From Amphiscolops sp. MND2022 (taxonomy: Eukaryota), in contig OZ076409.1 in the NCBI GenBank assembly GCA_964187785.1, forward strand, positions 682,001 through 746,000: DNA of 64,000 bases, read 5' to 3'. Shown piece by piece: positions 26,401-41,400 of the stretch (position 1 is its first letter; every line of letters starts with the position of its first letter). The notes beneath the pieces are model-generated. The model made no database searches, was not told the origin of the DNA, and worked only from the letters and a program-made list of their open reading frames with translations. The translations under genes and the position numbers were made by a program.

Positions 26401-29400
26401 AAACAAGTCAACAGCTGCCTGCCTGCCTGCATCGTTTCTTCACTTCATGCAACACTAGAACCCATCTATCTCTTACTTCTTATTCATCATTCACTTAATA
26501 CCACAACCGGGAACTACACACCTTTTCACGTCGCTTCTCTTTCACTAACCCACTCCTCATTTCAAAACAGCTCATTTGCTGAAAAAATCTACTTCAAGTA
26601 GTAGTTCTTGAATGAGTCTTTGAAGCACGAATGAATTATTTCACTTTCCAGTGCCGCCGCCAATGGCACGAGAAACGTCAACATAATTCACGAGGGCTTG
26701 AAAAACTCATTCAACAACTGATTTAGCCAACGCGAATTCTTTTTCACCGGGTTACCACTTTCGTTGTTTCAACGTTTCCACATTTCAACAATGTCAATTC
26801 AAGATTAATGCATCCTAGCTGATTAGTTATGTTTTCCTAATTTCATTGATGCACGCAGTAACATGAGCTTCCGTGCTTCAAAGGAAAGTTTTCACATGTT
26901 TCGTTTGTTCAACCGTTGTCACGATTTCGTTCATGCATATGGCATTGAAGTTTAGCATTGACAACTTTTGGTGTGACCAAAAAAAGTTTCAAGATGAAAT
27001 GATAAGTTTATCCAGCCTCTGTCACATAAACTCTGAACTGTTTTCACACATTCTACGTTTTATGAGGGAACAGTTTCGCTTTTCCGAGTGCGTTGTTTTC
27101 AATCTCCGTGTAAATCTCTTGAAATGAAGGAAGTTTGGATTTGTACACATTCTTGGATTATCCAGGCGAGGTCCCAATTTAGCGGTGCGGAAATTGTGCA
27201 AATCATTTAACCGTTTCAATGCCTTCAAGCTCAAAGAAAAACATTTCTAGAAATCTGAGAGGATTGATTTGAGAAACAAAAGTTAGTCTGTGAAAGTCAA
27301 CAATGACCATTTAAACCTTGTCAAGTATTGTTAGCGTATTAGTAAAACAAAAGCCGTCCAAGAGGGGAGGGAACTGGTTCAATTATGAAAATAATAGCCG
27401 CATCAAATTAGAGGCTGGGATTTTATATGGGTACTACACGAACCATAAAAAAACGGAACGCATGAAAATGTTTGAGCTCCCAAAGTTTCAAATATTTGTC
27501 AACAATGTTTCAAAAGAACTCTGAACATTGCACTTCAGCTTGTCCGTCATTCACCTTGACAACTTTTCTTCGGAGCAAATGAACTTTCACATATCGAAAA
27601 TGAGAACGAAATGACTGCTAAAGACGTCTACATTTTTTCTGAAAGTTCGGATCATTCTTTGTTGAAGATCTGATTACATAATGAGAGGATCATTGACAGA
27701 GAAAGTGAAAGATTTTCAGTGTCATGTTTACAAATATCATGATTTTCAAGAGTGCATTTTCATGCATTCCTTTGATTTTGGTTCAGCCAGTAATAAATAA
27801 ATACAGTAGTAAATGAGGACAGGACAACAACTGGAGTTCACGTATTAGCATAGTGATGAGAGTACAGGCCGTTTCAAAAAGTTCGCGAGACTGGAACTAA
27901 TTAATTTTTTAATGACGTAATCCATTGATCTGAATAATCTTATCTATTCTCAGCATACTGAGTTCGTTCCATTGGCTCAGAAAAGTGTTCATAACTTTTT
28001 GTGGCGTCGAAGTGTAAAGTTTTTGCTTCAAATGTCCCCACACATGTTCGATAGGGTTCAAATCTGGAGAATATGGGGCCAAAGCAGAACAGGAATACCG
28101 TTGTTCGCAAGCCATTGCATCGTGATTCTTGCAGTGAGGTGGGGCATTGTCTTGTTGGAAAATACAGTCTCCAAAAAGGGGTACAACAAATCAATACTCG
28201 GTCTCAAATAATTTTCCAATGTTTCCTCCACATATTGTTGGCTATCCATGGTACGGCACCAGTTGACTCTCCTATCTTTTTGAGCATTCGTAAGAACGTC
28301 TTATACAGCAACACGATTTCGAATGCCGCGATTTTTCAAAAAACGGTGTAACGTGGCATTGGAGACAAGTCGTCTGGCTGGTAAGCAGAAAGTCAGAAAG
28401 CCGGAGTTTTGAGTTTCGATTAATGCGGCCCAGAAGCTGACGCTTGATTCTTCTTGTGAGTACAGATTTTCGACCCAATTTGACTTTTTCCTGTCTGTCA
28501 GACCGCCCAATACGTCGCTTCAGGATTCCTCTAAGTGTTGACTCGGAAATCGAGAAAATCTGAGCAATTGCTGAGTTTGCATAATCCGGGTTTGCATCTT
28601 TAACCTTAACTTGGCCAATGTGCCAAATTTGGCACATTTAGTTTCTGCAAAGTCTTAACGCACCAGCTGATTGTATGGTAAAGCAAACCCTTTAATAAGA
28701 GTTTCAGACAATATTGCATAGCATTCGGCGCCTTTTCACGGAAAATTGACGTGATGTCTCCAAAATCCAGAAAATGACGCGAAAAAATCAAAAGAAAAAT
28801 AAGTGCAGATTTTCCGTTTTCCCAGTTTTCGTTTGTGCCCCTTTTATCCCACTGGTATCAACATTGGGTCAAAGCGTCCCCAGCATGTTTTGAAACATGT
28901 TGAAAAGCAAGCAGAGACACGACGCGTGCAAAGTTTTGGCGCAAAGTTCGGAGCCAGTGCGGCGAAGCCGCACGCCAGCGGAGAACTTCGCGCAAAAAAC
29001 TTTGCGCGCAAGGGGCCCAAGTTAGCGGGCCCCAAGCCCAGCAGTTTAAAAATTGATTTGAAAGCCCCAGTGCTCCTCTTTCGAACGCTGTATAAATCGT
29101 TTGTCGGACTTGTATAGTTCAGGAGATATTGCGGTTTAAAGTTGAAGCACGTGATTTTTGGATGCAACAAGATTTTTCCTGGCCAACTTAAGGTTAAAAC
29201 TGTATATCGATTTTGCAAGGTCGGCAGATGCGCGTTTGCCTCGTACGGTTGCAGAAATTGATGTGATAGCATCGCTAATTAAAAGAATGGTACCTATTTT
29301 TTGAAAGCGAACTTTTTGAAACGATCTATAACAAGAGGAGAGTTCATATTGCACAGAGTTCAGGAGGTCGAGTGAACAACACTTCTTTTTTCTCTTTCTT

Positions 29401-32400
29401 TGACGACAGTGTCATTGAGTGAGTGAGAGAGTCACAAATAGACGTTCATCTTACGACAAGCACAACAGTGACTACATGTACTGGTGTGGTGCTCATGTTT
29501 GGGTGTCACTGAAGCAAGTGTGTCACAACATGAAAAACCAACTCAACAAACGAAAGGGCACACCCAAAAACACTCATTCCCAGACGTTAGAAACATCATA
29601 GCTTACACATATGTTGAGTGAATAATGTACACCACCTATACTAGCCAATTTTTATTTGGTTACAAAGTTGGAGTAAAGAGAAAGAAAGCCTTTCAATTTC
29701 AATGTATTGACAGAACCGAAAAATTTGGACACAGACAGTAACAGTGCTATATACCAAAAATTTGGGTTTTCCCACGTTTAATTAATGCCAGTTGAATTGG
29801 CCGCCGAAGAAAAATTGATAATCGAGCAACTGGTACTTGATGCAGTTTTGAATTTTTTTTAGAAAATTAGTTTTCATAGATATCGAGAAATGAAGCTTTA
29901 AGCTTTCATATGGAATCAATCGACTTTTTGATATCATTTTTGGGAAAATTAATGAACTATTGTTCTAGAACAAACCATTGATTCAGATCTATTTGTTGAT
30001 TCGATGCTAGTCTCAGTTACTAAATAAAGTTAGGAATAGTTCCGCTCGATGAAAAATATCACTGAGGAAGGCTTTTAAGGAAGATGATGTCTTCTTGAGA
30101 CCCTTGTGAAATACACTTCCATCTCAGAGAAATTTGATTTCTCGAAAAGACATGTCAAGAAGCACATTAATTCGAGTCTTCTCTTCGTACTTGTAACGCC
30201 TTTCGTTTGTTTCTGATGGATCTTTTCATCAAATGAGAATCTCTCTGCTCATCAAAGGAGACAGAACAGAAATCTCAGAGGTCTGTCATTTGCGGATCTG
30301 GAGTCTGAAGCAATCGTGAAGCCATCGGCAGATACCGGAGTTCGCAACGACGTCAACTTCAATGTGGCAAAACGGTTGAATGATTGCTTTCAATGTGCAG
30401 CAGTCGTAGGTTCAAGTTGTAAAACTTCATATGAGCTTTTGGCTTGCATTATGGACAAGACGTTATCATCATGATCAACAATTATTCCGCTAACACGCCT
30501 TCACACAAAAATCGGACACCTTCCGACCTAAATTGTTTGACATTTTTCTCTTAAGACGTTTCTACAAAACCCTCGAGAGCGAAACCGTAAGGTGGAGTTA
30601 CCAGAGCGGGAACATCGCGTCGGCATAATTCATTCGAATGTCCTGTTCAATCATACAAAAAACGACAATTGCGTGAGGAGCCCCACCTTATGAAAGAGTC
30701 TTCGAAAGGAGCCTTAGTCGTCGTCCCGTCCATTCTATTTCAACACTTCTTTGAAGCAAACAGTACTTTTGCTTCACAAAACGTCTTTCCTACAGTTTCA
30801 ACCAGCACAGCAGTGAACAAGACAGACAGTGGTGTGGAAAGAGATTCGTTTCAAACAGATTGTACAAACAGTGAAAGTGTGATGTAACCCCCCAATACCC
30901 CCCCCCCCCCCGCGCACCTGCGTCTTTGATGGTCCTGCCCTTCTGGTGGAACAGCCTCTCCATTTTGGCGATGACCTTCTCCTGTGCCCTGACCGTCTCC
31001 TCCAGGTGCGAGTACTTGGCACTCTTGTCCTGGTACTTCATCAGCAGAGCCTGCTGCGCCGTGTGTGCCTGCTGCAGCTGCATGTACGCCTTCTCCTTGT
31101 CATTCTTCTGCAACGCCAACAAAACAATGTCACCCATGACACCTGATGGCACCCATGACCAAGTAACGATAGCTACAGATTCGGTCATTCACTGCCAAAT
31201 TGTCTGTTTGTTCTCCGTTTTAGTCAGCACTTTATGATGAAATGAAACGAAACGCGAATATAGCAACTTTTTGACCTGTTTTTAGTCGGCGCGTTTTCCT
31301 TTTAAGGAAAACTGCCCGACTATAGCAGTGACCTTTTTTTTCTTCAGCCTCACACTGATCGGTCCACTTTTTAGAAACAATCCTGAAACCACCCAAGGCG
31401 CCCAGTCCGGCAAAGAGGCCAAGGCAAATTTAGTGCAAACCTTTTTCAAGGTAACCTACAAAACCGGACGGGACTACAGAGTCCCCCCTTTCGATTTTTT
31501 TTTCGGCGCTGTGCGACTTTTTTTCGACAATTTTTTTGTCTCCAAAGGGTCCCCCCTTTCATTTTGTACTTTTTTAACGTAATCTACAAAACCGTCCGAG
31601 GCTAAAGGGTCCCCCCTTTTGATTTTTTTTCTGCACTGTGCGACATTTTCCTTAAAATTTTTTTTTCGAAAATTTCAAGTTTTTTTCGAAAATTTCAAGT
31701 TTTTTTCGAAAAAATTTTTTGCGCTTTTTAAGCCTTAGATATAGCGCCGACTTTAGACGTTCTCGTCTTGTTATTTTTAATCCGGTCGAAGTGACCATTT
31801 CATTCCAAAATTCTACAAATTGCCAAATTGGTTACTTTGAATGCCAATATAATAAGGACCGAGCGTACTGAAACCGGGATATGGTGTAGAGAGAGATTGC
31901 CAAATTGGTTTGAAGGGTCTCCCTTTTCGTATTTTCACAATTTTATTCCAATTAAATACTTTTTTTCGAAGCCTAATAGCTTATTTTCGGCACTGTGCGA
32001 TTTTTAAAAATATATATTTCGATTTTCCAAAAGGTTGCCCTGCCCCAAAAAAGGTTTTTTGATATTTTTGGATACCAAAAAGCGTTTTGAGCCGAAAAGG
32101 TCCTCCCTTAGATATTTTTCGGCACAGGCTGTGGGACTTTTTCCCTAAAAATTCAATTTTCCCAAAGAACCCTCTTCTGTTTTTGTTATTCTCTTCTCTT
32201 TTCGGATAGGAAATGGAGGTGGAGAGTGGAGAGGGGAGAGGGGAGACTAGCCTTGATGACCTGGTTCTGCAGAATCTGCACCTTGTCCTTGTACTGCTTG
32301 ACCTCGTTGGAGAGTTCGGCCATCTTGCGTCTGAGGGCGATGTATCTGTCGATGAGGTCAGCCTTGGAGACGCCCTCGAGCTCTGCCACGTTCAGCAGGG

Positions 32401-35400
32401 CCTTGCTGCTCTCCTCACTCAGCGCCACCTGGCGTCGCAGCTGCGAGTTGTGGCTCTCCACCCGCGACACCTGCTCCCTCAGCCGCAGAATGTCCTCACT
32501 CATCTTCTTCACTGCTCGCCGGTAGTTCTCCAGGTCCTACATTCAATCAAATCAAATCAAATCAAATCAAATCAAATCAAATCAAATTATAAATTTCCAC
32601 TAGCTTGTGTGGGAGGAGGGGGGCGTTGATCGCTTAAATGATTTTTAAACGCTGATGAACAATATAACCACTATTTAAACGCTCGCGAAGAAACGGGGAC
32701 AAAAGATTTTCAATTAACCAAATTGAATTTCATACTTAATTTGATCAATTTATAGCAAAATCAATGTTTTTTTTTATGGAATCCATTGACAACCTGCAAC
32801 GGCGTCCCTGTGATGGTAACGCCATGATGACTCGTAACAGACGATGTTTGTCTCGCTCATATTTAAAGCTAGAAGTGTGAGTTGCCAACATAGTTTGCGT
32901 GAAGTCATCATTGGAAAAGGGATGACATCGAATTGTTATAAATCAAGCAAATGTTAAATTCAGAATTTCACGACAATTCGGATAATTATCCAGTGTTTAA
33001 ACGCTAGCCACTTTAAATTCTTTTAAAAACTAAAATCGTTTAAAGGGCGTTTAAACTACGGTTAAAAATAATCAACACTGGTGGGGTGGATTGGCTGCGT
33101 CGTGTCGTTCATATGATCAATTCAGCCTCGATTTTCAGTTTTTTTCTCAGTTTCTCAGAGTTTCATTTCAGATAGTTTTACATTAGTGGTTTTTGAAAAT
33201 TCTGAACAAAAACGAGTTAGAACTAGCCAATTCTGAGCAAAATAGAAATCTCAGGCTTAAAAAAAAATAAATTGGATCCCAGACAATCCGCGGAACCTAC
33301 TATTAAATTTTGCATTTTGAGAAAATTTTTCCAGAAAATGGACCATGTGTTCAATCCCCCCAGAATCCCAACCAACCCCCCAACACGAAATCATATTTTG
33401 TTCTTGAATAGAAATATTTCACTAATAAGAGAATATTATGTGAATAAAAATACTTAGAGAATTGTCTCTACATCTGTTTTGACACTTCATGCAAAAAAAA
33501 TTATACTAATTTTTAGTCGGCGCTTCATGAAGTGAAACGCGACTATTATAGTGGCAATCTATTGGACTAACTGAGGTGAGTTATTTGCGTCGATATACTT
33601 TTTCGGAGCCACCGGCAAAAAAAGTAACTCGAAAAAAGAAAATTTATTGCTTTTTCTCAATGACTGAGCAACTGTTTGCTAAGTTACTGCCTGTCCCACT
33701 CTAGTAACACAGTAGGCCACCATTGAAAACGCATAGAGAAGTTTTTTGAATGTAGCTTCAGCTATGAGTACGACCGGCATTTGTAAGTGTGCATTTAAAA
33801 GCTTAGGTAAAGGGCTTTCAGGAACAGAAAACCGATTTGAGGTGCGGCTATCATTCGAGGACAAATGCAGCTTTGAAGAAATTTTGCCCTATTTTTGTCA
33901 ATTTTTCAACTTCTCCGTGTACTGCTGTCGAGGTTAAAAGCCTTTTCAACACACTTTTCCCTTCTTTATGAAGCCAAGAAGAAAAGGAATGGAGTTGTGC
34001 TTACTTGCATCTGCAGATCAATGATTCGCATGGCCCGGTCGTCAAACTCGCCAGCGGCTGGTCTGAAAAAAGTCCAACAGAATAGAGGATCTCATCGCAC
34101 GATTTTGCAACTGAGAATCTACGAAAATCTAATTGTCAGCTGAAAAAAAAGATATCTTTTCATCGAATATATGTTGTAATATCGTCGAAACAATATTTCT
34201 ACAGAGTAGAAGGTGAAGAATTATTAGATCATTGTGTGGTGTAAATTCTAAAGGAAAAAGTTTTCAGATCAGAAACTGTTAAATTCAAAAGTTACAACTC
34301 CAGAGATAAATTCCAGAAAATGCTAAAATAGGCTAAGTGTTATACCTTTTGCAATTTTTCCATTTCGAAACAAAAAATTCTTCTGTAATTTTGATCTACA
34401 AAAGTTGTAACAGCTATTTTTGACTTCTGCCTTTTTCTAGAATTTGTCATGCACTGCTGTTCGTAACAAATACACTCAACTGTGCTTATAACGATTGCCC
34501 GGGACCGCGTTTTTAATCGTTATAGGCAAAAATCGTTATATACAGTCACAAACTCGGATAAAAGAAACTCATAGGGCGGTAAGAGTTTCTTTTATCCATA
34601 ATTTATTTTATCAGTTGTCCTATTAACGTAGAAAGTTTGTCTTGCATAAAAGAGGAGGAGTGAAAACGTTTCTTTAATCCAAATGTTTCTTTTATCCGTG
34701 TTTCTTTTATCCGAGTTCGACTGTACTAGCATCGTGGCCGGGACCGTGAAACTCTCGCTATAACCGGAATATCGTTATAAACGTAACGTTATAAACGGAG
34801 TTGAGTGTATAGGATTTGAAGAATTACTGGCCAAGTGGTAAACAGCAACTATTCGACTAGCACTCAAATTCACTCAATTTTGACATATCAGATAGCAGGG
34901 CCCGCTAAGCACCGGGATATTTTCCACCTTCTCAAAAAAGTCTGGGGCATGTGAGATTCGAACCCACTGACTACTGCCTGAGAGGCGGATGTACTACCAA
35001 CTGAGCCATAGTAACTAGAAGTCAAGTAACTAAAATAGTCAACTACATGAAGTGGATGGAGATCAATCATGGAGATTTGGTAGAATTTGTAAAGAAAAAC
35101 GCAACACAGATTATGATTTTCCTCCCCCCATTATATGTGGGCGGAAAATAACAAACAATTGGGCAATGGAGAGATTAAGAGATTGGAGTGACTACTCACT
35201 CACCTCTGGTACCTGTTGGGGGGCGCCTGCATCGAGTCGTAGTCGAGGAAGCCGTCGTCCAAGTCTGCCCCTGCAGCGGGGGGCGGGGCGTCTCCCTTGG
35301 GCACCCTGTACAGGTAGGCGTCTGACTGGCCGGCGGCCGCGCCCAGAACCGCATTCAACGAGTCTTCCGGTGGCAGCTCGTCCTGGTTGATTGGCTGCAA

Positions 35401-38400
35401 TGCAAACACACTACATCTTTCTAGTTAGTGTCACAGCACGAAATTTAACCTCGACAATGATTTCGTCCTCAAATGAGAACAGCGATTTTTTTCACAATCA
35501 ATAAAAATACGAAATGCAAAAGGCATAGAGGAAAACGAAATATTGTCTTCCTTATCGACAATCTATTGGCTATCTGGGCTAAGTTGTTACTTGTGTCAAT
35601 ATAGTTTGTTTTCCGAACAACCGGCAAAAAATAAATGGAAAATTTGCAAAAAAATACTTGTCAGAAAATTTGCTTTCACTCAATAAATGAGCATCTGTTT
35701 GCTAAGTTACTGTCCCACTCTAGTAACAAAGCAGGCCACCATTGAAGACGCGTATGGAGCCCACGGTGGAAAAATATACCATACTGTAATAAATGAATTG
35801 GACCTGTGATTGCGAAAATTGATTTGGACTCAATTTGAGGAGACAGACCAAAACCTTCTGAACGAAAAAGTATTACCGAAAACTCTAAAACTAAAAGTTT
35901 GATTATTTTATTTTTGTTTGAAAAATCTGCGATTAATATACAAAAACTTGGAAACATTGCATTTTACTACTGATTTCGTTTCTAACTTATTTTAGTTCAA
36001 ATTTCGAAAGCCTTGAGACTTGAAAAAAAATCCATTTTCAATCTTTCAGACGCTTGGATAATTTTCATTTCAACGTTCCAAAGAGAAACCTTCTTGAACA
36101 GGACATTGCAGAGGAAGAAACTTGAATTCCATGTATTAAGATAGGGCATAAAATTCAGTTTTGACAAATCCATATGTATAGTATACAGTAGTTGCTTTCG
36201 CTGTAGAAGTTAACATGTGTTGTGACCGCTAATACCAACCACTGAAATTTCCGTTGAACGCAAAATTTTGTGGGACAAGTCAAAATTGAGAAGGCCGTTT
36301 TATTGTTTTGAAAATGCGCTAAAATACAGTACTGTGATTAGGAAATCGTAACCCTATGACGTTCTCAGCCAATTAAAACTGTTCATTTTCTCTCGCTTTC
36401 AATCCTCATTGGCAAATCGAGTGAAATTCATGTAAATAGAGAAATTTTCACCTTTTGAACCTGATGTTTTGAAAAGTGTTGATCATTTTTGACATCAAAA
36501 TACATCCATCGATTCAGTATATTTGTGGGAGTTAATTGGGTACAAAAATTGTGGGTAAAGCGGTCAAAAATAGGAAAAACGAATAAAGTCTAGTTTTCCG
36601 AAGAGTTAACATTAGGACCTACGCTCATAAATTGCAAATTTGAAAGGATTTGATTTTGGGATGGTTGTTTTATTTACCTGCGATGCGACGCGATTGTAAT
36701 CAGCCATTGCTACTCATTCAAATAAAAAGAGCACTGCGTATAACAAATGATCAAACTTGTAATAATAAGTTTGTACCAACAAGACACAAGCAACACAAGC
36801 TTGCACAGCAACACAAAACTTGCTTTCATTCTCATGCATTCAAAAAATTACTCGGCTTCTTGCTGATTACGTAATGAAACATGAAACACGTCAGAGAACA
36901 TTGTTCGGTGATTCTTTGGCGGCGGCTTCGAAACGAAACAAAAATCACTTGTGAAAAATGTTTCTATTAAACTTATAACCCTAGATTTTTGGCTCTACAG
37001 GAATTCCGGAGCGGAGTGCAACTGATATTTCTACAAAAAAGTTTGAAAATCTTTAGAAGTATCATCTCACAAAACAGACTTTATGGTAGTTGAATTTTGT
37101 GGAACAGCCTCTATCATCTAGGTATAAATTTTGAACATGGCCAATTTTGGAAAAAATTTTTAACGCGGCAATTAGTTATTTTCCGTTCTGATATGAAATT
37201 TTGGGCAGAAATAAAAAATATGACCGAATAGAATTGCTCGACAACAATTTGGTATAAAACTAAAAAACTAAAAAAGCAGCCCAATTTTCCATCTCAAGGT
37301 TTCAATTTCACGAAACCTAATGTGAAAATTTCAGTGAAACATCAGATAATGCCCATCTCTGCATCAAACGAAAGATTAAACATTTGTTTGAATGTCACGA
37401 GTCGTACGTTTCTAGGAAGTGTGTTGGCGGCGGCAGGAGCAGCACCAGTGTGGTGCCCAGGGTACTGCTTCTGCATCCCGCGAGGGGGGACGGGGGCGTT
37501 GGCGGCGGCGAAGACACTGTTCCAGGGGGGAAAGACGGCGGCGGTTGCCGCTGCCTCCCTCTCTCCTCTGTCCTCTCTCTGAGGGGGGCGGGGAGGAGGG
37601 GCATCGGGCTGCCCCACGTTGTTGGGTTTGGTCGACAGCTCCTCGAACTCGACCTCCTCAACATTACCCGCCACTGACATCGATTCCTGTCACAACACAA
37701 TCAGCGCCAATCAAACATTATCACCGTTGGGTCGGGTGGTCCAGTGATATGCAATATAACTCTTTAGTAAGCCCCGAAATTTATTGAGTCTATTTTTGTG
37801 AATTATTGAGCAATTAATTGAGCTAAATTTCTTAAAATTGAGTAAAAAAAATCTAGCTCCCATAGTATGATAAGGTTAGATTTGATGTGTTCAACTGTGA
37901 ACGATTCGCGCTGTGGAGCTAGCAAGCGATTCAAGCACGAAAAGCCAAGCCGCTCCTCCACTTCTACGCCCACAATCGGACAGTTCCCAAAAAGTGCGAC
38001 ATTAGCAGGAGGTGCGACAAAACTTGTAGAAATTCCTCGGAGAATTTTCGAAACTCCATGTACAAATGAATAATCGCAATTCTTCTTCAACACGTCTTCA
38101 AGTTTTCTGCGGGAGGGCTGCAAATTCTCAGTATCGAAGAAAGATGAATTTTCTTAGACAATTTAATTGCATCCATTAGAGGGAGTCGTTTTCCAAGATT
38201 TCATTAGTTGAGTTGAAGTCAAATGAAAAAAATTTTGCGAGTTAAACTCATGTAACTCGAGTTAAATAGACCACTACACGCGTATACGTACAACCAACCT
38301 ATTGAAAGCGAACTCGAAGTAACAATTCTAGAATATTTCGAACAAGCCGGGAACAGCCCAAGTCGGCGCCATATCTAAGGCTCAAAAATAACAAAAGGAC

Positions 38401-41400
38401 TTCAAAGTGTCAAAGTATTCTCTTCTACAGTACCCGAAAAAGCCAAAAGTTGGATCGAAAGTATCAAACTTACAAAAAGAGTTTCGAATCACTTTTGAAA
38501 AACCGAAACGACCGAACTGGCGCATTAAAAGGTGGGACCCTTTCGGATTTTTAAACATCCATTGTTGCAAAACATAAAAAAATTGAAGAGGACCCCTTGA
38601 GAAAAAAATTCGGAAAAAGTCTCACAATGCCGAAAAACTGAAAGGGGGACACTTTAGTCTCGCCCGGAATTGTATGTTACAAGGAAAAAAAACTTTTACA
38701 ATACTGTTCGCCAAGCCAAATGGTTCAATTTGACACCATAAAATTTCATAAAACTTTTGTAGAACTATTTTGGTCAGTTCGTGTGGATTGAAAAAAATAA
38801 TAGTCGCGTCTCACTTCATGTCATTTGTCATCTGCAGATGCTCGATATGGAAAGTCAGAGTCGAGCTAAAAAACATCTTTCGCAAAAATGAGTTAAAAAC
38901 ATGTGACTTGTACATCACTGGTCGGGTCATCAACTAGCCATCCAGTAACGACCCAAACGTGAGTCTCAAAGATTGTTTCTATTGTTCGTGTGAAAATATG
39001 TATCCAAAATATGGGAGGAGACCGTTCGATGAGAACATGAAAAAATCCAAAAAATTCGCACATTTCCGAAAAAGCTCACACTTTTCGAACTAATTACAAC
39101 TTGAAAATGTTGGATAACAATGAAGAGTGAACAATCTAGTGCGAGACAGGAGAAATAGGTCACTCTCATTAGATATTCTGCTCTTCTTATCGTCAGAAAT
39201 TGGCAACTAAAAGAATCTTCACAAACATCCATGCGCTTCTTCAGTAGCTGCATGTACGTCAAGAAAAGCTTCCGGAAAAACGAGACCAAACTTACACTGC
39301 TGTCGATGAGATGGACGAAAACTGTCACTACTGTCGATTTATTGCTGTTGCCCTGAAACAGACAGGAACTCGCCCTCAATTACTATCCTGTAACCAAATT
39401 TGGGAAGACTTTAGTCATTTTTAGTCGGCGCATTTGAACAAAATGAGCCCGCCTATCACAGTGGCAAGTTTTTTTCATTTTTTTTCGTCAGATAACAGAA
39501 TGTATGCGTAGTGGAGACTTTTTACAGAACTACTAAACTATTGGACCGGCAAACGGAAACGCATCTAAGTTAGTGCAAAGGGTCACCCTTTCATGTACTC
39601 AATTTTCAACGTAAGATACAAAACCGGACGGGACTACAGGGTCCCCTTTGATTTTTTCGGCACTGTGCGACTTTTTTTTCGAAAATTTTTTTGTCGCCAA
39701 AAGGTCCCCCTTCAAGTTTTTTGAAATTTTGCAGCAAACTGAAGTTTCAAAAAGCCCAAAGGGTCTCCCCTTCCTGCTTTTTCGGCACTATGAGACTGTT
39801 TCAAAATTCTCATTTCATTTTTTTTCGACAGTTTTTTCAAAAAAAACGAATTTTTTTAATGTCTCCAAAGGGTCCCCCTTCAATTTTTTTGATACTTTAC
39901 AGCAAACTGAAGTTTGGAAAAGCCCAAAGGGTCTCCCCTTCCAAATTTTTTGGCACTCTGAGACTGGCTCGAAATTCTTATTTTTCGATCTTTCGCTTTT
40001 TTTCGAAAAATTTTTTAATGTCTCCAAAGGGTCCCCCCTTTTACAATTTTCTAAAAACTGCGCTTTTTGAGCCTTAGATATAGCGCCGAATTTAGACGTT
40101 CCTTCCGTCTTGTTTTGCAAACAGCGATGATAGTTTGTTTTTATTCACAACAATTGCATAAGGCTCACCAATTGCCAGCCTATGTGGATAGATACTACAA
40201 ATGCTCAATACACATGTGTGCTGGATTTCCACAATTGCTGCATGTAAACACATCACATAAACCTGTATGGTATTCCCATTAACAAAATTTGCCAAGTGAA
40301 TGTGCACAAAGCGGAGGCTCATCTTTCTCAGAAACACCAACTTCGCAAATTTCAAAATGAAAATTTTGCAGTCAAAATGAAAAAACCGTTCGAATTTTAG
40401 CGGAAATTGCGAAACCATGTTTTCATGAAATGGAAACCATTTTGAAGAAAAATAAAGGGCTGTTTTACCCTATTTTTCATATATTTGAGTTTTTTAACGT
40501 ATATTTATGCCCATTCAAAAACATATTTCGTTCATTTAAAACATACAAATTCCCCCAAACCTGTTTCGCATTCGTAATTCCGGAGTTTCAAATTATACTC
40601 GGTTCGAATTTCAGGCGTGTTTGCACACTAAGATGACGGCGTTTGAGTTTTTCAAGTCGAAAACTAATAAATTCCCCAGACTTAGTAAAGTGGCTAGAAG
40701 AATACTGTGTTGCGGAGCGTGGCTTTTTTCCAAGGCGTCGTTTATGTCGTCCGACAGAAAAAACCAGCTCAAAATGAGTACCATGAAGCCTTAAAGGATA
40801 GACTATTCTTGACATGATTTGAATTATCGAATACAAACAGATAATTCCAAACACGCATTGCGAATACAGTTACACTCAACTCCGTTTATAACGATATTCC
40901 GGTTATAGCGATAGAGTTTCACGGTCCCGGTCACGATGCTAGTATATAACGATTTTCGCCTATAACGATATTCGGATATAACGATTAAAATTCTTCAGCA
41001 GCAGCAGGAGTGATTGATGTGTGGTGAAATGCAGCAGTGAGGATTGTCTAACAACAGTCTGACTCACTCGCAGAGGGACGTTTTTGAGGGAGAGTGCGTT
41101 GTGCTGGGCAGCCATGAGTGTGAGCAGCAGAGACTTGTTGAGGGGCACGACGGCGAAGGCGGAGGGTGCAGAGAGACTCCAGCCCAGCTCGGCACTCATG
41201 GCCCTCTTGCGGTCGAACAGCTCCACCACGAGCGCCGAAGTGGGCGTGAACAGAGACGGCAGCTCCTTCGAGGGCAGAAACACACTGCTGCCAACACCCA
41301 CACCCACTTCAGAGCCACCGGGCAACTTCACCTGCAAACAATCAGCACCAAATAACTACCCACATAAACCGAGCCAAGCATGCCATTGCAACCTTGGTCA

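Noticed and set aside
32213..32629. Plus-strand ORFs overlapping CCDC33 exons (also near 30926, 37419 and 41084)
   Set aside because: Antisense shadows of GC-rich exons.
34940..35012. tRNA gene (also about 21350-21415 and 16480-16552)
   Set aside because: A/B boxes present but no convincing cloverleaf; embedded in repeats.
36678..36733. Exon-like segment with a strong CAG|GTAAAT donor
   Set aside because: Available acceptors give a stop or a frameshift.
39648..40120. F/K-rich ORFs inside HINE copies
   Set aside because: Products of low-complexity internal repeats with no domain motifs.
40169..40237. 69-nt exon-like segment (ATGCAG / GTGAGC)
   Set aside because: Contains TGA in the phase-0 frame of the host intron; a poison exon cannot be excluded but is unsupported.
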